Assembly (NCBI GenBank): GCA_019057475.1
Contig: DXJO01000004.1
Coordinates: 74,953-138,952, forward strand
DNA from: Candidatus Thorarchaeota archaeon
GTDB lineage: Archaea > Asgardarchaeota > Thorarchaeia > Thorarchaeales > Thorarchaeaceae
Length of the DNA stretch: 64,000 nucleotides
Direction of reading: 5' to 3'
A program made the position numbers and the translations under genes. Of the stretch, positions 8,501 through 17,824 are shown piece by piece. Under the pieces are notes generated by a model. That model did no database searches and was not told the origin of the DNA. It saw nothing but the letters and a program-made list of their open reading frames with translations. The first letter of the stretch is position 1. Each line of letters opens with the position of its first letter.

Positions 8501-9841
8501 ATGTACGATGCTGTGATTGAGTTCATTGATGATAACATAGAGCGTTCGATAGATTCTCTCAAGGAGCTCTGTCGTATCCCAACTGTGGCCGCGAAAGGAC
8601 AGGGTCTTGAAGAGACCGCGGAACTGGTGAGCAAGATGCTTGAGGACGCAGGTCTTGAGACCCAGCTTCATAAAACATCCGGAGCACCGGTTGTCACAGC
8701 GATTTTCGACGTTGGGGCAAAGAGGACACTCATGTTCTATGACCATTATGACGTCCAGCCAGCGGAGCCACTCGACCTCTGGGATTCAGAGCCCTTTGAG
8801 CCCGAAGCCCGGAATGGCAGGCTGTACGGTCGGGGGGTGGCTGACAATAAAGGCGACACGGTTTCAAGAATCTGGACAATCAAAGCATTCACTGAAACCA
8901 AAACCGACCTGCCGGTCAACATCAAGTTCGTTGTGGAAGGTGAAGAGGAGATTGGAAGCTTGCACCTTCCTGAGTTCACCAAGAAGAATACTGAATTCCT
9001 GAAGGCTGATGGAGGGATTTGGGAGTTCGGCGGCGCTGGAATCGATGGCGTGCAAGAAGCCTGGCTCGGTCTGAAAGGGGTCTTTTTCGTAGAGCTTGAG
9101 GTCGAACGCTTAAACAAGGATGTTCACTCAAGCACGGCCTGCATCCTCCCGTCGGCGGCATATCGTCTAGTTTGGGCGCTGGCTTCACTGAAGGACGAGA
9201 ATGATAAGATACTCATCGAAGGCTTCTATGATGACGCCAAGCCGCTATCAGCAGCTGAGCTTGATGCGATCAAGAAGATAGACATGCACGAGCAGATGTG
9301 GAAGACTGAATACGGACTAGACGAGTATCTAATGAGCCTGTCTGGTGATGCACTGAAGGAGGCCTACTATAATGCTCCAACCTGCAACATCTGTGGTTTG
9401 ACGAGTGGTTATCAAGGCAAAGGCTCCATGACAGTTCTTCCTGCAAAAGCATCGGTCAAGATTGATTTCAGGCTCGTGGAAGACATGGGTCCGAATGACA
9501 TTCATCGGAAGCTCAGGTTGCACCTAGATAGACGCGGGTTCACAGACGTGAAGATTTCCTACTCCGAGGGATATCCGGCAGCCAAAACACCGGTTGACCA
9601 TCCTTTTGTTGAGATTGTCGCAAAGGCTAATCAAAAGGTGTTCGGAGACTTGAGGATACAAGTAACGAGCCCTGGCTCTGGGCCTCTCTATCTTTTCAAG
9701 GAACATGTTCCAATGGTGTCTATTGGATGTGGAGATTCCAAGAGTAGCGTGCACTCTCCAAACGAGAGCATAATCTTGGAGAACTATAGGAAATCCATGC
9801 ATCGTCTTGTCTATGTCATTGACGAGATGGGTCGCTGGTGA
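8501..9841 (+). CDS. M20/M25/M40 metallopeptidase (DapE/ArgE/dipeptidase-like)
   Basis: YDHYDVQP, GRGVADNKG, EGEEEIGS, VHSPNE metal-binding motifs; start refined to ATG 8501 by alignment with the paralog remnant (track 8450). Confidence 0.95.
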   Translation: MYDAVIEFIDDNIERSIDSLKELCRIPTVAAKGQGLEETAELVSKMLEDAGLETQLHKTSGAPVVTAIFDVGAKRTLMFYDHYDVQPAEPLDLWDSEPFEPEARNGRLYGRGVADNKGDTVSRIWTIKAFTETKTDLPVNIKFVVEGEEEIGSLHLPEFTKKNTEFLKADGGIWEFGGAGIDGVQEAWLGLKGVFFVELEVERLNKDVHSSTACILPSAAYRLVWALASLKDENDKILIEGFYDDAKPLSAAELDAIKKIDMHEQMWKTEYGLDEYLMSLSGDALKEAYYNAPTCNICGLTSGYQGKGSMTVLPAKASVKIDFRLVEDMGPNDIHRKLRLHLDRRGFTDVKISYSEGYPAAKTPVDHPFVEIVAKANQKVFGDLRIQVTSPGSGPLYLFKEHVPMVSIGCGDSKSSVHSPNESIILENYRKSMHRLVYVIDEMGRW

Positions 9842-9853
9842 TTGCTCGACGAT

Positions 9854-10837
9854 TTAGAAAAGGTGACATGCAACAGAATGGCCCGTTTCCACCTCTCGGA
9901 ATTCAGGGTCCTCCGTCTTGCATTTCTCCATGCACTTCGGGCAGCGCGGATGAAATCGACAGCCTGAGGGTGGATCTATGGGACTGGGTATCTCTCCCGG
10001 TGGAATTGCTTCTGACCTCCGAGCCTTCGGATCAGGCACTGGAATCGCACCTATCAGTCCCACAGTATAAGGATGAAGAGGGTTCTCGTAGACTTGGTTC
10101 CTGTCTCCGAGCTCAATGACTCGGCCAAGATACATTATCGCTATGCGATCACAGACATGTCTTGCTGTCGCTAGATCGTGCGATATGAAGAGGTACGTCA
10201 GATCAAGGTCCTTCTTCAGGTCAAGCATGAGTTCAAGCAACTGAGCCTTGATGGACACGTCTACCATCGCGACTGGTTCGTCTGTGACCACGAATTCGGG
10301 GTCCATTATGATAGCTCTTCCGAAGACAACCCTCTGCTTCTGTCCACCACTGAGTTGATGTGGGAGCCTATCATAGAATGAACTAGCAGGAGACAATCCC
10401 ACCTTCTCAAGCACCTCTTCGGCTTTCTCCTTCCTTTCTGCGGGGGTGCCAAGCTTTTGGAACTTCAATGCGTCCGCTATCGCTTTACCAACTGACAGGC
10501 GCGGATTCAACGAAGATGTAGGATCTTGAAACGTGAACTGAAGTCTACGCCTGAGAAGCCTGAGTTCCTTCCCTCTGATATCTGCGATATCCTCTCCATC
10601 ATAGATGATCTGACCCTCAGTGGGTTTGAGTAGACGCACGCATAATCTTCCCATTGTAGTCTTTCCCGAACCACTCTCGCCAGCAAGACCAAGGGTTTCG
10701 CCCTTTTCTATTTGGAGTGAAACATCGTCAATTGCTCTGACAAAAGTTGTTTCTCCTTTGAACAGTGAATCGATAAAGCCCCTCTGAACGGGGAAGTACA
10801 TCTTGACATTCTTTGCTTCTATGAGTGCCATCCTCAT
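9854..10837 (-). CDS. oppF: Oligopeptide ABC ATPase OppF (second system)
   Basis: GESGSGKT, LSGGQKQR, HPYT, GCRFHPRC; ATGA overlap with upstream oppD stop. Confidence 0.95.
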   Translation of the reverse strand: MRMALIEAKNVKMYFPVQRGFIDSLFKGETTFVRAIDDVSLQIEKGETLGLAGESGSGKTTMGRLCVRLLKPTEGQIIYDGEDIADIRGKELRLLRRRLQFTFQDPTSSLNPRLSVGKAIADALKFQKLGTPAERKEKAEEVLEKVGLSPASSFYDRLPHQLSGGQKQRVVFGRAIIMDPEFVVTDEPVAMVDVSIKAQLLELMLDLKKDLDLTYLFISHDLATARHVCDRIAIMYLGRVIELGDRNQVYENPLHPYTVGLIGAIPVPDPKARRSEAIPPGEIPSPIDPPSGCRFHPRCPKCMEKCKTEDPEFREVETGHSVACHLF

Positions 10838-11844
10838 TTCCCTCCATAAAGGTGGCATGCCACTAGTCCACCTGTTTCGCTCTCGATAAGGGGCGGAACC
10901 TGCGTCTTGCAGATATCCATTGCCATGGGACATCTGGGATTGAACATACACCCAGGGATGGGATCAACCAGATCAGGGGGAGCTCCTGGAATCCACACAA
11001 GCTTCTTGTCTGGCTTTGTGACATCCGGAACTGAGAGGAGCAGTGCCTGGGCATAGGGGTGCTGAGGAGCCTCAAATACGTTCTCTACAGATGCAAGCTC
11101 AACTAGTCGACCACAATACATGATTGCGATGTCATCTGCAGTTTGCGCCAATACGCCGAGATTGTGAGTGATGAGAATCATTGTCAGATTGAACTTCTTT
11201 TTCAGTTCCGCCATCTGTTCGAGGATTTGCGCCTCCACAATTACGTCAAGCGATGTTGTTGGCTCGTCTGATATCAATAGCCGCGGCCGCAAGACCAGAC
11301 CAAGGCCAATCATCACTCTTTGACGCATTCCTCCGCTGAACTGGTGAGGGTAGTCTGTCACACGCTCAGGCAAAATACCTAGGCCTTCGAGAACCTCCTT
11401 TCCTCGATCAAGAGCTTCTTCTTTTTCTATCTCTGGGTCATGGGCGCGTATCATCTGAACGAAATGGCTACCAATGGTCAGCATGGGATTCAACGATGTC
11501 ATGGGGTCCTGAAAGATATAGGCTATCTCCTTGCCGCGAAGAACCCTCATTTGCTCTTCATTCAGCTCCGTGATATCGACCTCTCCTTTCGGAATATCTC
11601 CCTCCTTACATGGAATATCCTCATCGATGTTGATGTAGATATTTCCATCCGCGATTTGCCCAGGATAAGGGACTAGTCGCATTATCGCCCTACCAAGAGT
11701 AGATTTACCGCACCCTGATTCCCCAGCCAGACCGAGCGTTCTGTTTTCCTCGAGACTTAGTCGAATCCGATCCACCGCACGAGCAACGCCCCTGCGTGTC
11801 TTGTACTCCACCGTCAAATCCTGAATCCTTAGTGCATTGGTCAT
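10834..11844 (-). CDS. oppD: Oligopeptide ABC ATPase OppD (second system)
   Basis: GESGCGKS, FSGGMRQR, ISDEPTTSLD, GCMFNPRC. Confidence 0.95.
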   Translation of the reverse strand: MTNALRIQDLTVEYKTRRGVARAVDRIRLSLEENRTLGLAGESGCGKSTLGRAIMRLVPYPGQIADGNIYINIDEDIPCKEGDIPKGEVDITELNEEQMRVLRGKEIAYIFQDPMTSLNPMLTIGSHFVQMIRAHDPEIEKEEALDRGKEVLEGLGILPERVTDYPHQFSGGMRQRVMIGLGLVLRPRLLISDEPTTSLDVIVEAQILEQMAELKKKFNLTMILITHNLGVLAQTADDIAIMYCGRLVELASVENVFEAPQHPYAQALLLSVPDVTKPDKKLVWIPGAPPDLVDPIPGCMFNPRCPMAMDICKTQVPPLIESETGGLVACHLYGGK

Positions 11845-11850
11845 TCAGCA

Positions 11851-13116
11851 TCACTCTCTAAGTTTCGGTGTAAGTATTTCGCTCAGGCCTTCTCCAGCTA
11901 GCGTGAATCCAAGCGCGAGGAGCACAATCATTATTCCTGGAAATACCATCAGCCACCATTTTCCAATTATCAGCACGCCCCAGCCCGCCGTCAAGTCGTA
12001 TCCCCAATCAGCAATATCAATGGGGAATCCAAGTCCCACGAAGGTCAGTCCCGCGGCTGTTAGGATTGCATCTGCGAAGTTAATGGAGAGGACGACTATG
12101 GCTGATGGCAGTGCATTCGGGAGAATATACTGGAACAGGATTTCCCAATCCCTAGCACCCATGACTACAGCCGCTTCGACATATGGAAGCTCCTTGATTG
12201 AGAGCACTTGACTGCGAATGACTCGATAGTACGAGGGAACGTACACTACAGCGATAGATATCGCCATGTTGATAATTCCGGGGCCAAGCATGGCCGCGAT
12301 TGCGATTGCGAGCACGAGGCCTGGAAAGGCAAAGATGCTGTCCATCACGAGTGAAACCACTCGGTCGACCATTCCTCCCCTATACGCAGCAGCCAAGCCC
12401 GTAGGAACACCTATGATGAAACATACGATCACAGATACAACTGCCACCTGTAGCATAATTGCTCCCCCTGCGATTGTTCTGCTAAGGAGGTCCTGTCCAA
12501 GTTCAGTGGTGCCGAGTGGTGTTCTTGAGCTTGGTGGGGCGAGTGGGAGACCAACGTCAAGAGTGAAGGGGTCGTGAGGAACAATCCAGTAGGAAATGAA
12601 TGTCATGTAGACAATTGAGAGTACAAGTAGGATGCCTGCTGTAACTGCTAGACCTGGATTACCTCGTTCCTTCAGCACTGGGTAGAAATCGTACAGCAAG
12701 AGACACGCAAAACCAAGTGTGAATCCGCCAGACACAAGTGCGAACCAGAGATCCAATGCAGCAGCAGGTAGGACCGCAAAGCTTGCAACAGACACGGCTA
12801 TCACAATGATGACGCAGAAACCAATGAACCAAATGAATGCCCGCTTCTTAGTCAGAAACTCCTGTTCAACCATCCATCTACGCCAGGCACTGCTGACCAG
12901 CACCAGGAGTCCAATGACGAAGGTTCCCGCAACAACTTGGAGTCCTATCCCACTATTGGATCCTACCGCAACCAGAATCAGACCTGAAATATAGATCAAT
13001 GCCAAGCCAACAAGAGCCAGAAGTGCGAACCACCACTTTCCAGAACGGTTTTCGAATGTTTCTTTTGTGGGGATTAGTTGGAAGAATACACCACTGATCA
13101 ATTTTGTTCTATCCAT
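11851..13116 (-). CDS. oppC: Oligopeptide ABC permease OppC with N-terminal TM extension
   Basis: PLGTTELGQDLLSR, EAAVVMGA, ILPNA, DWG motifs. Confidence 0.93.
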   Translation of the reverse strand: MDRTKLISGVFFQLIPTKETFENRSGKWWFALLALVGLALIYISGLILVAVGSNSGIGLQVVAGTFVIGLLVLVSSAWRRWMVEQEFLTKKRAFIWFIGFCVIIVIAVSVASFAVLPAAALDLWFALVSGGFTLGFACLLLYDFYPVLKERGNPGLAVTAGILLVLSIVYMTFISYWIVPHDPFTLDVGLPLAPPSSRTPLGTTELGQDLLSRTIAGGAIMLQVAVVSVIVCFIIGVPTGLAAAYRGGMVDRVVSLVMDSIFAFPGLVLAIAIAAMLGPGIINMAISIAVVYVPSYYRVIRSQVLSIKELPYVEAAVVMGARDWEILFQYILPNALPSAIVVLSINFADAILTAAGLTFVGLGFPIDIADWGYDLTAGWGVLIIGKWWLMVFPGIMIVLLALGFTLAGEGLSEILTPKLRE

Positions 13117-13128
13117 CGATATCTCTCC

Positions 13129-14139
13129 TCACAATCTGATTCTCGGGTCAAGGTAAGCGTAGAGAATATCTACAAACAGCGTTAGCATGCTCACGAGAAC
13201 ACCAAAGAAGACGACTGTCCCTTGGATGGCTGTATAGTCCCGGCGACTGATGCGGGCCACAAGATAAGTTCCCAAGCCCGGCCAGCTGAACGTGGTTTCG
13301 GTAAGTATAGCTCCTGCTAGGAGAGCTGCAAATTGAATTCCAATCATCGTTAGAATTGGCAGGAATGCGTTCCTGAGAGCGTATCTATAGGTGACTGTGC
13401 CATTGGAGAGTCCTCTAGCTTGCGCTGCTATGACAAAGTCCATCCTGAGGGTTTCGAGCATGTTAGTCCGTGTGAAGCGGATGAAGATGCCACACAGTAT
13501 GGTACCCAATGTTATGGTTGGTAGGATGAGGTACGTGACAGAAGTCACCAATGAGAACAAGTCGCCCGCTAGGATACTATCAATTGTGTACAATCCGGTA
13601 ATTGTTGGTGGAGGAGTATAGCGTCCGGGAAATCTTCTTCCTGTGGGTAACCATCCAAGCCATATCGAGAAAATGAATTGGAGAACCATTCCTAGGAAAA
13701 AGACTGGAATCGCGTACGTCACAATGGAAAAGAGCCTTATCGAGTGATCTGTGGTTGTATCATAATTCTTTGAAGCCTTAACACCAAGTGCAAGCCCTAG
13801 AAGAACGGCGAAGAGTATGGAGTAGATTGACAGCTCGAGGGTTGCGGGGAATCTCCCGAACAGGTGCGTGCTAATTGGCTGATAATCTTGCATCGATATA
13901 CCAAAGTCACCGTGAAATATTCCCCACAGGTAATCAAAATACTGCTCAAGAATTGGCTTGTCAAGCCCGAGTCTGGTCCGGAACTCGGCAAGGACTACTG
14001 GGTCTACACCCTTCTCAAAATGAAGCAAGGCGGGATCACCTGGAATAATCCGTAGTATAACAAATACGAGGGTGAGAAGCAGCATGACCATGGGAATCAT
14101 GAGCAGCACGCGAGAGGTAACATACGATCTTAGAGTCAT
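13129..14139 (-). CDS. oppB: Oligopeptide ABC permease OppB
   Basis: IPGDP, LGLDKPILEQY, FPATLEL, AAQARGL, ETTFSWPGLG; start refined to ATG 14139 after GTGGTG. Confidence 0.95.
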   Translation of the reverse strand: MTLRSYVTSRVLLMIPMVMLLLTLVFVILRIIPGDPALLHFEKGVDPVVLAEFRTRLGLDKPILEQYFDYLWGIFHGDFGISMQDYQPISTHLFGRFPATLELSIYSILFAVLLGLALGVKASKNYDTTTDHSIRLFSIVTYAIPVFFLGMVLQFIFSIWLGWLPTGRRFPGRYTPPPTITGLYTIDSILAGDLFSLVTSVTYLILPTITLGTILCGIFIRFTRTNMLETLRMDFVIAAQARGLSNGTVTYRYALRNAFLPILTMIGIQFAALLAGAILTETTFSWPGLGTYLVARISRRDYTAIQGTVVFFGVLVSMLTLFVDILYAYLDPRIRL

Positions 14140-14250
14140 CCAACACCACAACAGCACGTTTCTTTTCTCTACAGCATACTCACACAAACTGAGTCTTAAG
14201 GCATGCGGATTAAGCGAAATCCCAATTCAGATCGACTAGTTCCTTTGAAC

Positions 14251-14302
14251 GAAGAAAAAAGAGAGTTCGGTGCCGCTAAACCGATTAGGATTCAGCAGCA
14301 CC
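14251..14302 (-). terminator. Hairpin plus U-tract downstream of oppA2
   Basis: Minus strand GGTGCTGCTGAATC-CTAATC-GGTTTAGCGGCACC (14 bp, mismatches all G.U on this strand) then GAACTCTCTTTTTTCTTC. Confidence 0.65.
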
Positions 14303-14320
14303 TACCTTTATTGATATATT

Positions 14321-15985
14321 CTACGGGCCGGTTGTTGCCGGAGCTCCCCAGTACACTAGCCAGTGGCGCCAGCTCACTGTGATGTCAAGAACAACACCGT
14401 GAATGCTTGGGCTTGTCACTGCTACAGTGCGGCCTTGCCAGAGCGGAATCATTGAGCACTGCTCGGCTTGAAGGTCCTGCAAATCGTAGTAGGCTTCCTG
14501 CCTGCCAGCGTCAGTTGTTGCGCTGCGGCCATCAACCCAGAGATTGTACTCCGCGACGCCCGCCGCTGGATACGTTTCATTGAAGCCCATGTTGAGCCAA
14601 GAGGCAAATGGCAAGAACGCGTAGTTGTCCGGATCGATGTAGTCTGGATACCAGCCGTATACATATACGGGCATCGTGCCAGCGTTTCTCTGATCTCTGT
14701 ATGCAGACCACTCAAGTGATTTTAGGTTGACTTTCATTACACCGCTTGCTTCAAAATCACTCTTGTATACTGCAGCCTGTTCGGCGCTCTGAGGATAGTG
14801 TCCTGAGCTCTCGTAGTACAGGTCAAATTCCAGCTTGTTGTCTGCATCGTAACCATGCAGAGCAAACATCGCCAAGGTATGGGAGTAGTTTGCACCAGTT
14901 CCATAGATCTCAAATGACGGCCTGTGATATGCCATACCGGCAGGCACTATGGTTTCCAATGGATCTGCATTGCCAAGGAATACAGTTTCGCAGACGTGGC
15001 TCTTGTTAAGAGCTGCTGCTATACCCTGCCTGATATCAGTTTCATTGAATGGATAGATGTCTTGCTGGAAGCACATGTACTGTATCGCAGCACCAATTCC
15101 ATCCCAGACACGAACATCGGCGTTCTCTCTGAAAGCATTTACTTGTGCGGCCGACATGTGCCTGTATGCAATGTCAATATCGCCAGCTAGCATTGCTGAC
15201 GTTAAGGCTGTGTCAGTCGAATAGAATTGGATGATAATCACATCTGCCTTGGGGTATACTGGGCCATTCCAGTAGTTGGGGTTCTTCTCTAGCCGCATCT
15301 GTTGATCTTCACCGCCAACCCGTGTCCAGTTCGCCAAGATGAATGGTCCTAGACCATTTGGATGGCTGCCCCGTGTATCACCTTCAGTATACTCCACGTA
15401 ATGATCAAGTGGTGCATAATCTGGATGAACCATGTATGATGCCGCGCAGGACATCAGTTGCAGAAACGGAGCGAATGACATATGCAGATTGAATCTTACG
15501 ACATAGTCGCTGATTATTTCAACATTGTCGATGATGTCAGCATAACCCATGTTGAATTGCGGGCCATCAGGCTCTTGCAGTCCGGTACCTGTGAGATTGC
15601 AGTTTCTGTCAAAGGTGTATTTAACGACCGAAGCATTGAATGCTGTTCCATCCTCGAAAGTTATACCTTCTCGCAGATTGAAATCCCATTGTTTTCCCCC
15701 ATCGGTTGCTAACCAACTTTCGGCGAGTGCGGGCAGAATATCATCTGCTCCACCGGCCGACCCGGGTTCGATTTCAACTAGCCCCGAACTGAGAGCTGTA
15801 ATAATTTCCCAGCCGAAGTAGTCATATGATTGGGCCATGTCAATGCTCGCTTCCACAGAGTCAGTGGTTCCCATAAGGATAGTACCACCTGGGGGAATTG
15901 GCGGAAACATAATCATGTATCCGGCTACCGCCCCCGCGATAACAACGATAATGACCACAATAGCAATAGTTTGTTTTTGTTCCAA
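14321..15985 (-). CDS. oppA: Oligopeptide ABC substrate-binding protein OppA/DppA with N-terminal membrane anchor
   Basis: PALAESW..FNLREGITFEDG, GLGPF, GWYPDYIDPDNY; TTG start 15985 after AAGGAGG (track 16012). Confidence 0.93.
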   Translation of the reverse strand: MEQKQTIAIVVIIVVIAGAVAGYMIMFPPIPPGGTILMGTTDSVEASIDMAQSYDYFGWEIITALSSGLVEIEPGSAGGADDILPALAESWLATDGGKQWDFNLREGITFEDGTAFNASVVKYTFDRNCNLTGTGLQEPDGPQFNMGYADIIDNVEIISDYVVRFNLHMSFAPFLQLMSCAASYMVHPDYAPLDHYVEYTEGDTRGSHPNGLGPFILANWTRVGGEDQQMRLEKNPNYWNGPVYPKADVIIIQFYSTDTALTSAMLAGDIDIAYRHMSAAQVNAFRENADVRVWDGIGAAIQYMCFQQDIYPFNETDIRQGIAAALNKSHVCETVFLGNADPLETIVPAGMAYHRPSFEIYGTGANYSHTLAMFALHGYDADNKLEFDLYYESSGHYPQSAEQAAVYKSDFEASGVMKVNLKSLEWSAYRDQRNAGTMPVYVYGWYPDYIDPDNYAFLPFASWLNMGFNETYPAAGVAEYNLWVDGRSATTDAGRQEAYYDLQDLQAEQCSMIPLWQGRTVAVTSPSIHGVVLDITVSWRHWLVYWGAPATTGP

Positions 15986-16217
15986 GAGGAATCCTCCTTT
16001 CACGCAGCACAAATAATTGTGTGTGTGCTATAAACTCCCCCTTATGCTGTATATAAGTAATCCCACAAAAGCCATTGTAACAGCGACGATGGTTCGGCAA
16101 GTGACGATGGTGTTATCGAGCTAATCGTTACATTGCTGACCCTTTTGGAACCATATGTGGTGTGCGGCCTTTAATATGTCATAGCCAAGTCTGAGGGACT
16201 AAGGGAAGCAAAACTGG

Positions 16218-17813
16218 TCAGGGAAGTGGTGGTCTTATCGAAACCTCTTTCTCCCATTCAACCGCAAAGCTGTACTCTATGGCTAATTTCTTCTGCGATT
16301 CGATACTCGTTTCCCACTCAATGACACCAAGCTCGGTCTTCTTGGGAATCAATGAAGGCGTCTTCAACTCGACCTCAATCTTCTCGGATGAGCTATATGG
16401 TATTCTGTCCACAATTCGGATCTCTATGGTATCCTTTGAGAAGTTCTTCAGCTCAATCCTGTACTTGTAGTCGCGCCTCTTCTTGCCTCTGGTGAATCCA
16501 GCCTTTTCCGTGTCCTTCTCGACTAGCTTCTTTTCAGCCTTAACATCATATGACGTCCTGGTGCCAAGCTGAAACTTCTCGCGAGGTGCTATGAGTGATA
16601 GATTGGTTTCGCCTATGAAATCACCAGCCGCATAGACTTTAACATTTCCAGGTAGCAGAACAGAATCGCCATTCGTAATCTCGTCCTGTGCAACAACTTC
16701 GGGCATTGCATAAGCATTCCAGAAGTGCAGCCGTCTGGATTCGAACTTCTCCTCTGTGAGAGTGACTGGATGAGGGTCATCATCTGAGGGAATGTCGAGT
16801 CTGCCAGGCACGTCGTAGATTACCGTACCTCCCAAGGTTTCTGTTGCCTCAGCATAGGTTTCAATCATATCAACCAATGGTTCCTCTTCATAGGCCTTCT
16901 CTACTTCATCGTCGAGGTAGTCCATGTCTTTGGACATTTCCGCCTTGGCAACGCGGGTTTCTCCGAAACCAGATGGCCCAGATCCTTCCGCAGCATATGG
17001 TCTATAGACATCCACATAGAACGGTGTTGGTTCTACTGCCTCAACTGGGCGTGCTGATGCTGTGGAGACCACGAGCTCGATATCCTCCCAATCCTCAAGG
17101 GTGTGGTTGTAGATCTGTGCGATTCTCTTTACTGATGCAGTGTTTTCACCAACGTCAACATCATAGGTCGGACTCCATCCTGCTCCCCCTATCTGATATG
17201 TCACCTCGAGTTCGATTCTGGTGTTCTCCTGAACTTCTACCGTAACGTTTACGTCCGTGGTTGTGATTATCCGCATCTGACCTTGGACTCTCTGAATGTT
17301 GCTGTGGAGTACTTGTATCTCAGCATCTAACTTCTCAAGATCTTCGCGAAGCTCTCGCTGTTTCTTCTTGGCATCGCTCAGAAGCTTGAGCGTAGTCCTG
17401 TCCATCGTGCTGAGATGATCCATTGTACTTTCGCCGGCCGCAAACCACTTTCCAAACTCAGCCGAGAACTGTTGCATTATGGATGACAAATGGGCAGCTC
17501 TAGATTCTTGATACTGGATGCTGTCTGAAACTTCAACTCGCTTCTTCTCCAGGACCTCTAGGTTCTTCTTCATCTCCTTGAGTTCACCTGGGGGCTCGAA
17601 GACTGAACTCGTTTTCTTTACATCAATGCCCCTTAGGATGGCAGCTCCCTTGCCTTTCACTCGGAAACTATCATCATGCGCATACTCGGAGATGCCTGTT
17701 ATCAGAACAACGTGTTCTCCGGGTATGAGCTCTGTCTTGCCGGAACGAGTAATTCTAGCACCATCGCGGAATACTGTAACCTCGGTAATCCTTGTAGTCA
17801 TTTCTTTTTTCAT
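16218..17813 (-). CDS. DUF4140/DUF4139 (MuiA-like, TIGR02231) protein, copy B
   Basis: ITEVTVFRDGARITR (DUF4140), long coiled coil, LEVTYQIGGAGWSPTYD, LLPGNVKVY..GDFIGET, IVDRIP. Confidence 0.9.
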   Translation of the reverse strand: MKKEMTTRITEVTVFRDGARITRSGKTELIPGEHVVLITGISEYAHDDSFRVKGKGAAILRGIDVKKTSSVFEPPGELKEMKKNLEVLEKKRVEVSDSIQYQESRAAHLSSIMQQFSAEFGKWFAAGESTMDHLSTMDRTTLKLLSDAKKKQRELREDLEKLDAEIQVLHSNIQRVQGQMRIITTTDVNVTVEVQENTRIELEVTYQIGGAGWSPTYDVDVGENTASVKRIAQIYNHTLEDWEDIELVVSTASARPVEAVEPTPFYVDVYRPYAAEGSGPSGFGETRVAKAEMSKDMDYLDDEVEKAYEEEPLVDMIETYAEATETLGGTVIYDVPGRLDIPSDDDPHPVTLTEEKFESRRLHFWNAYAMPEVVAQDEITNGDSVLLPGNVKVYAAGDFIGETNLSLIAPREKFQLGTRTSYDVKAEKKLVEKDTEKAGFTRGKKRRDYKYRIELKNFSKDTIEIRIVDRIPYSSSEKIEVELKTPSLIPKKTELGVIEWETSIESQKKLAIEYSFAVEWEKEVSIRPPLP

Positions 17814-17824
17814 GTTCTCTCACC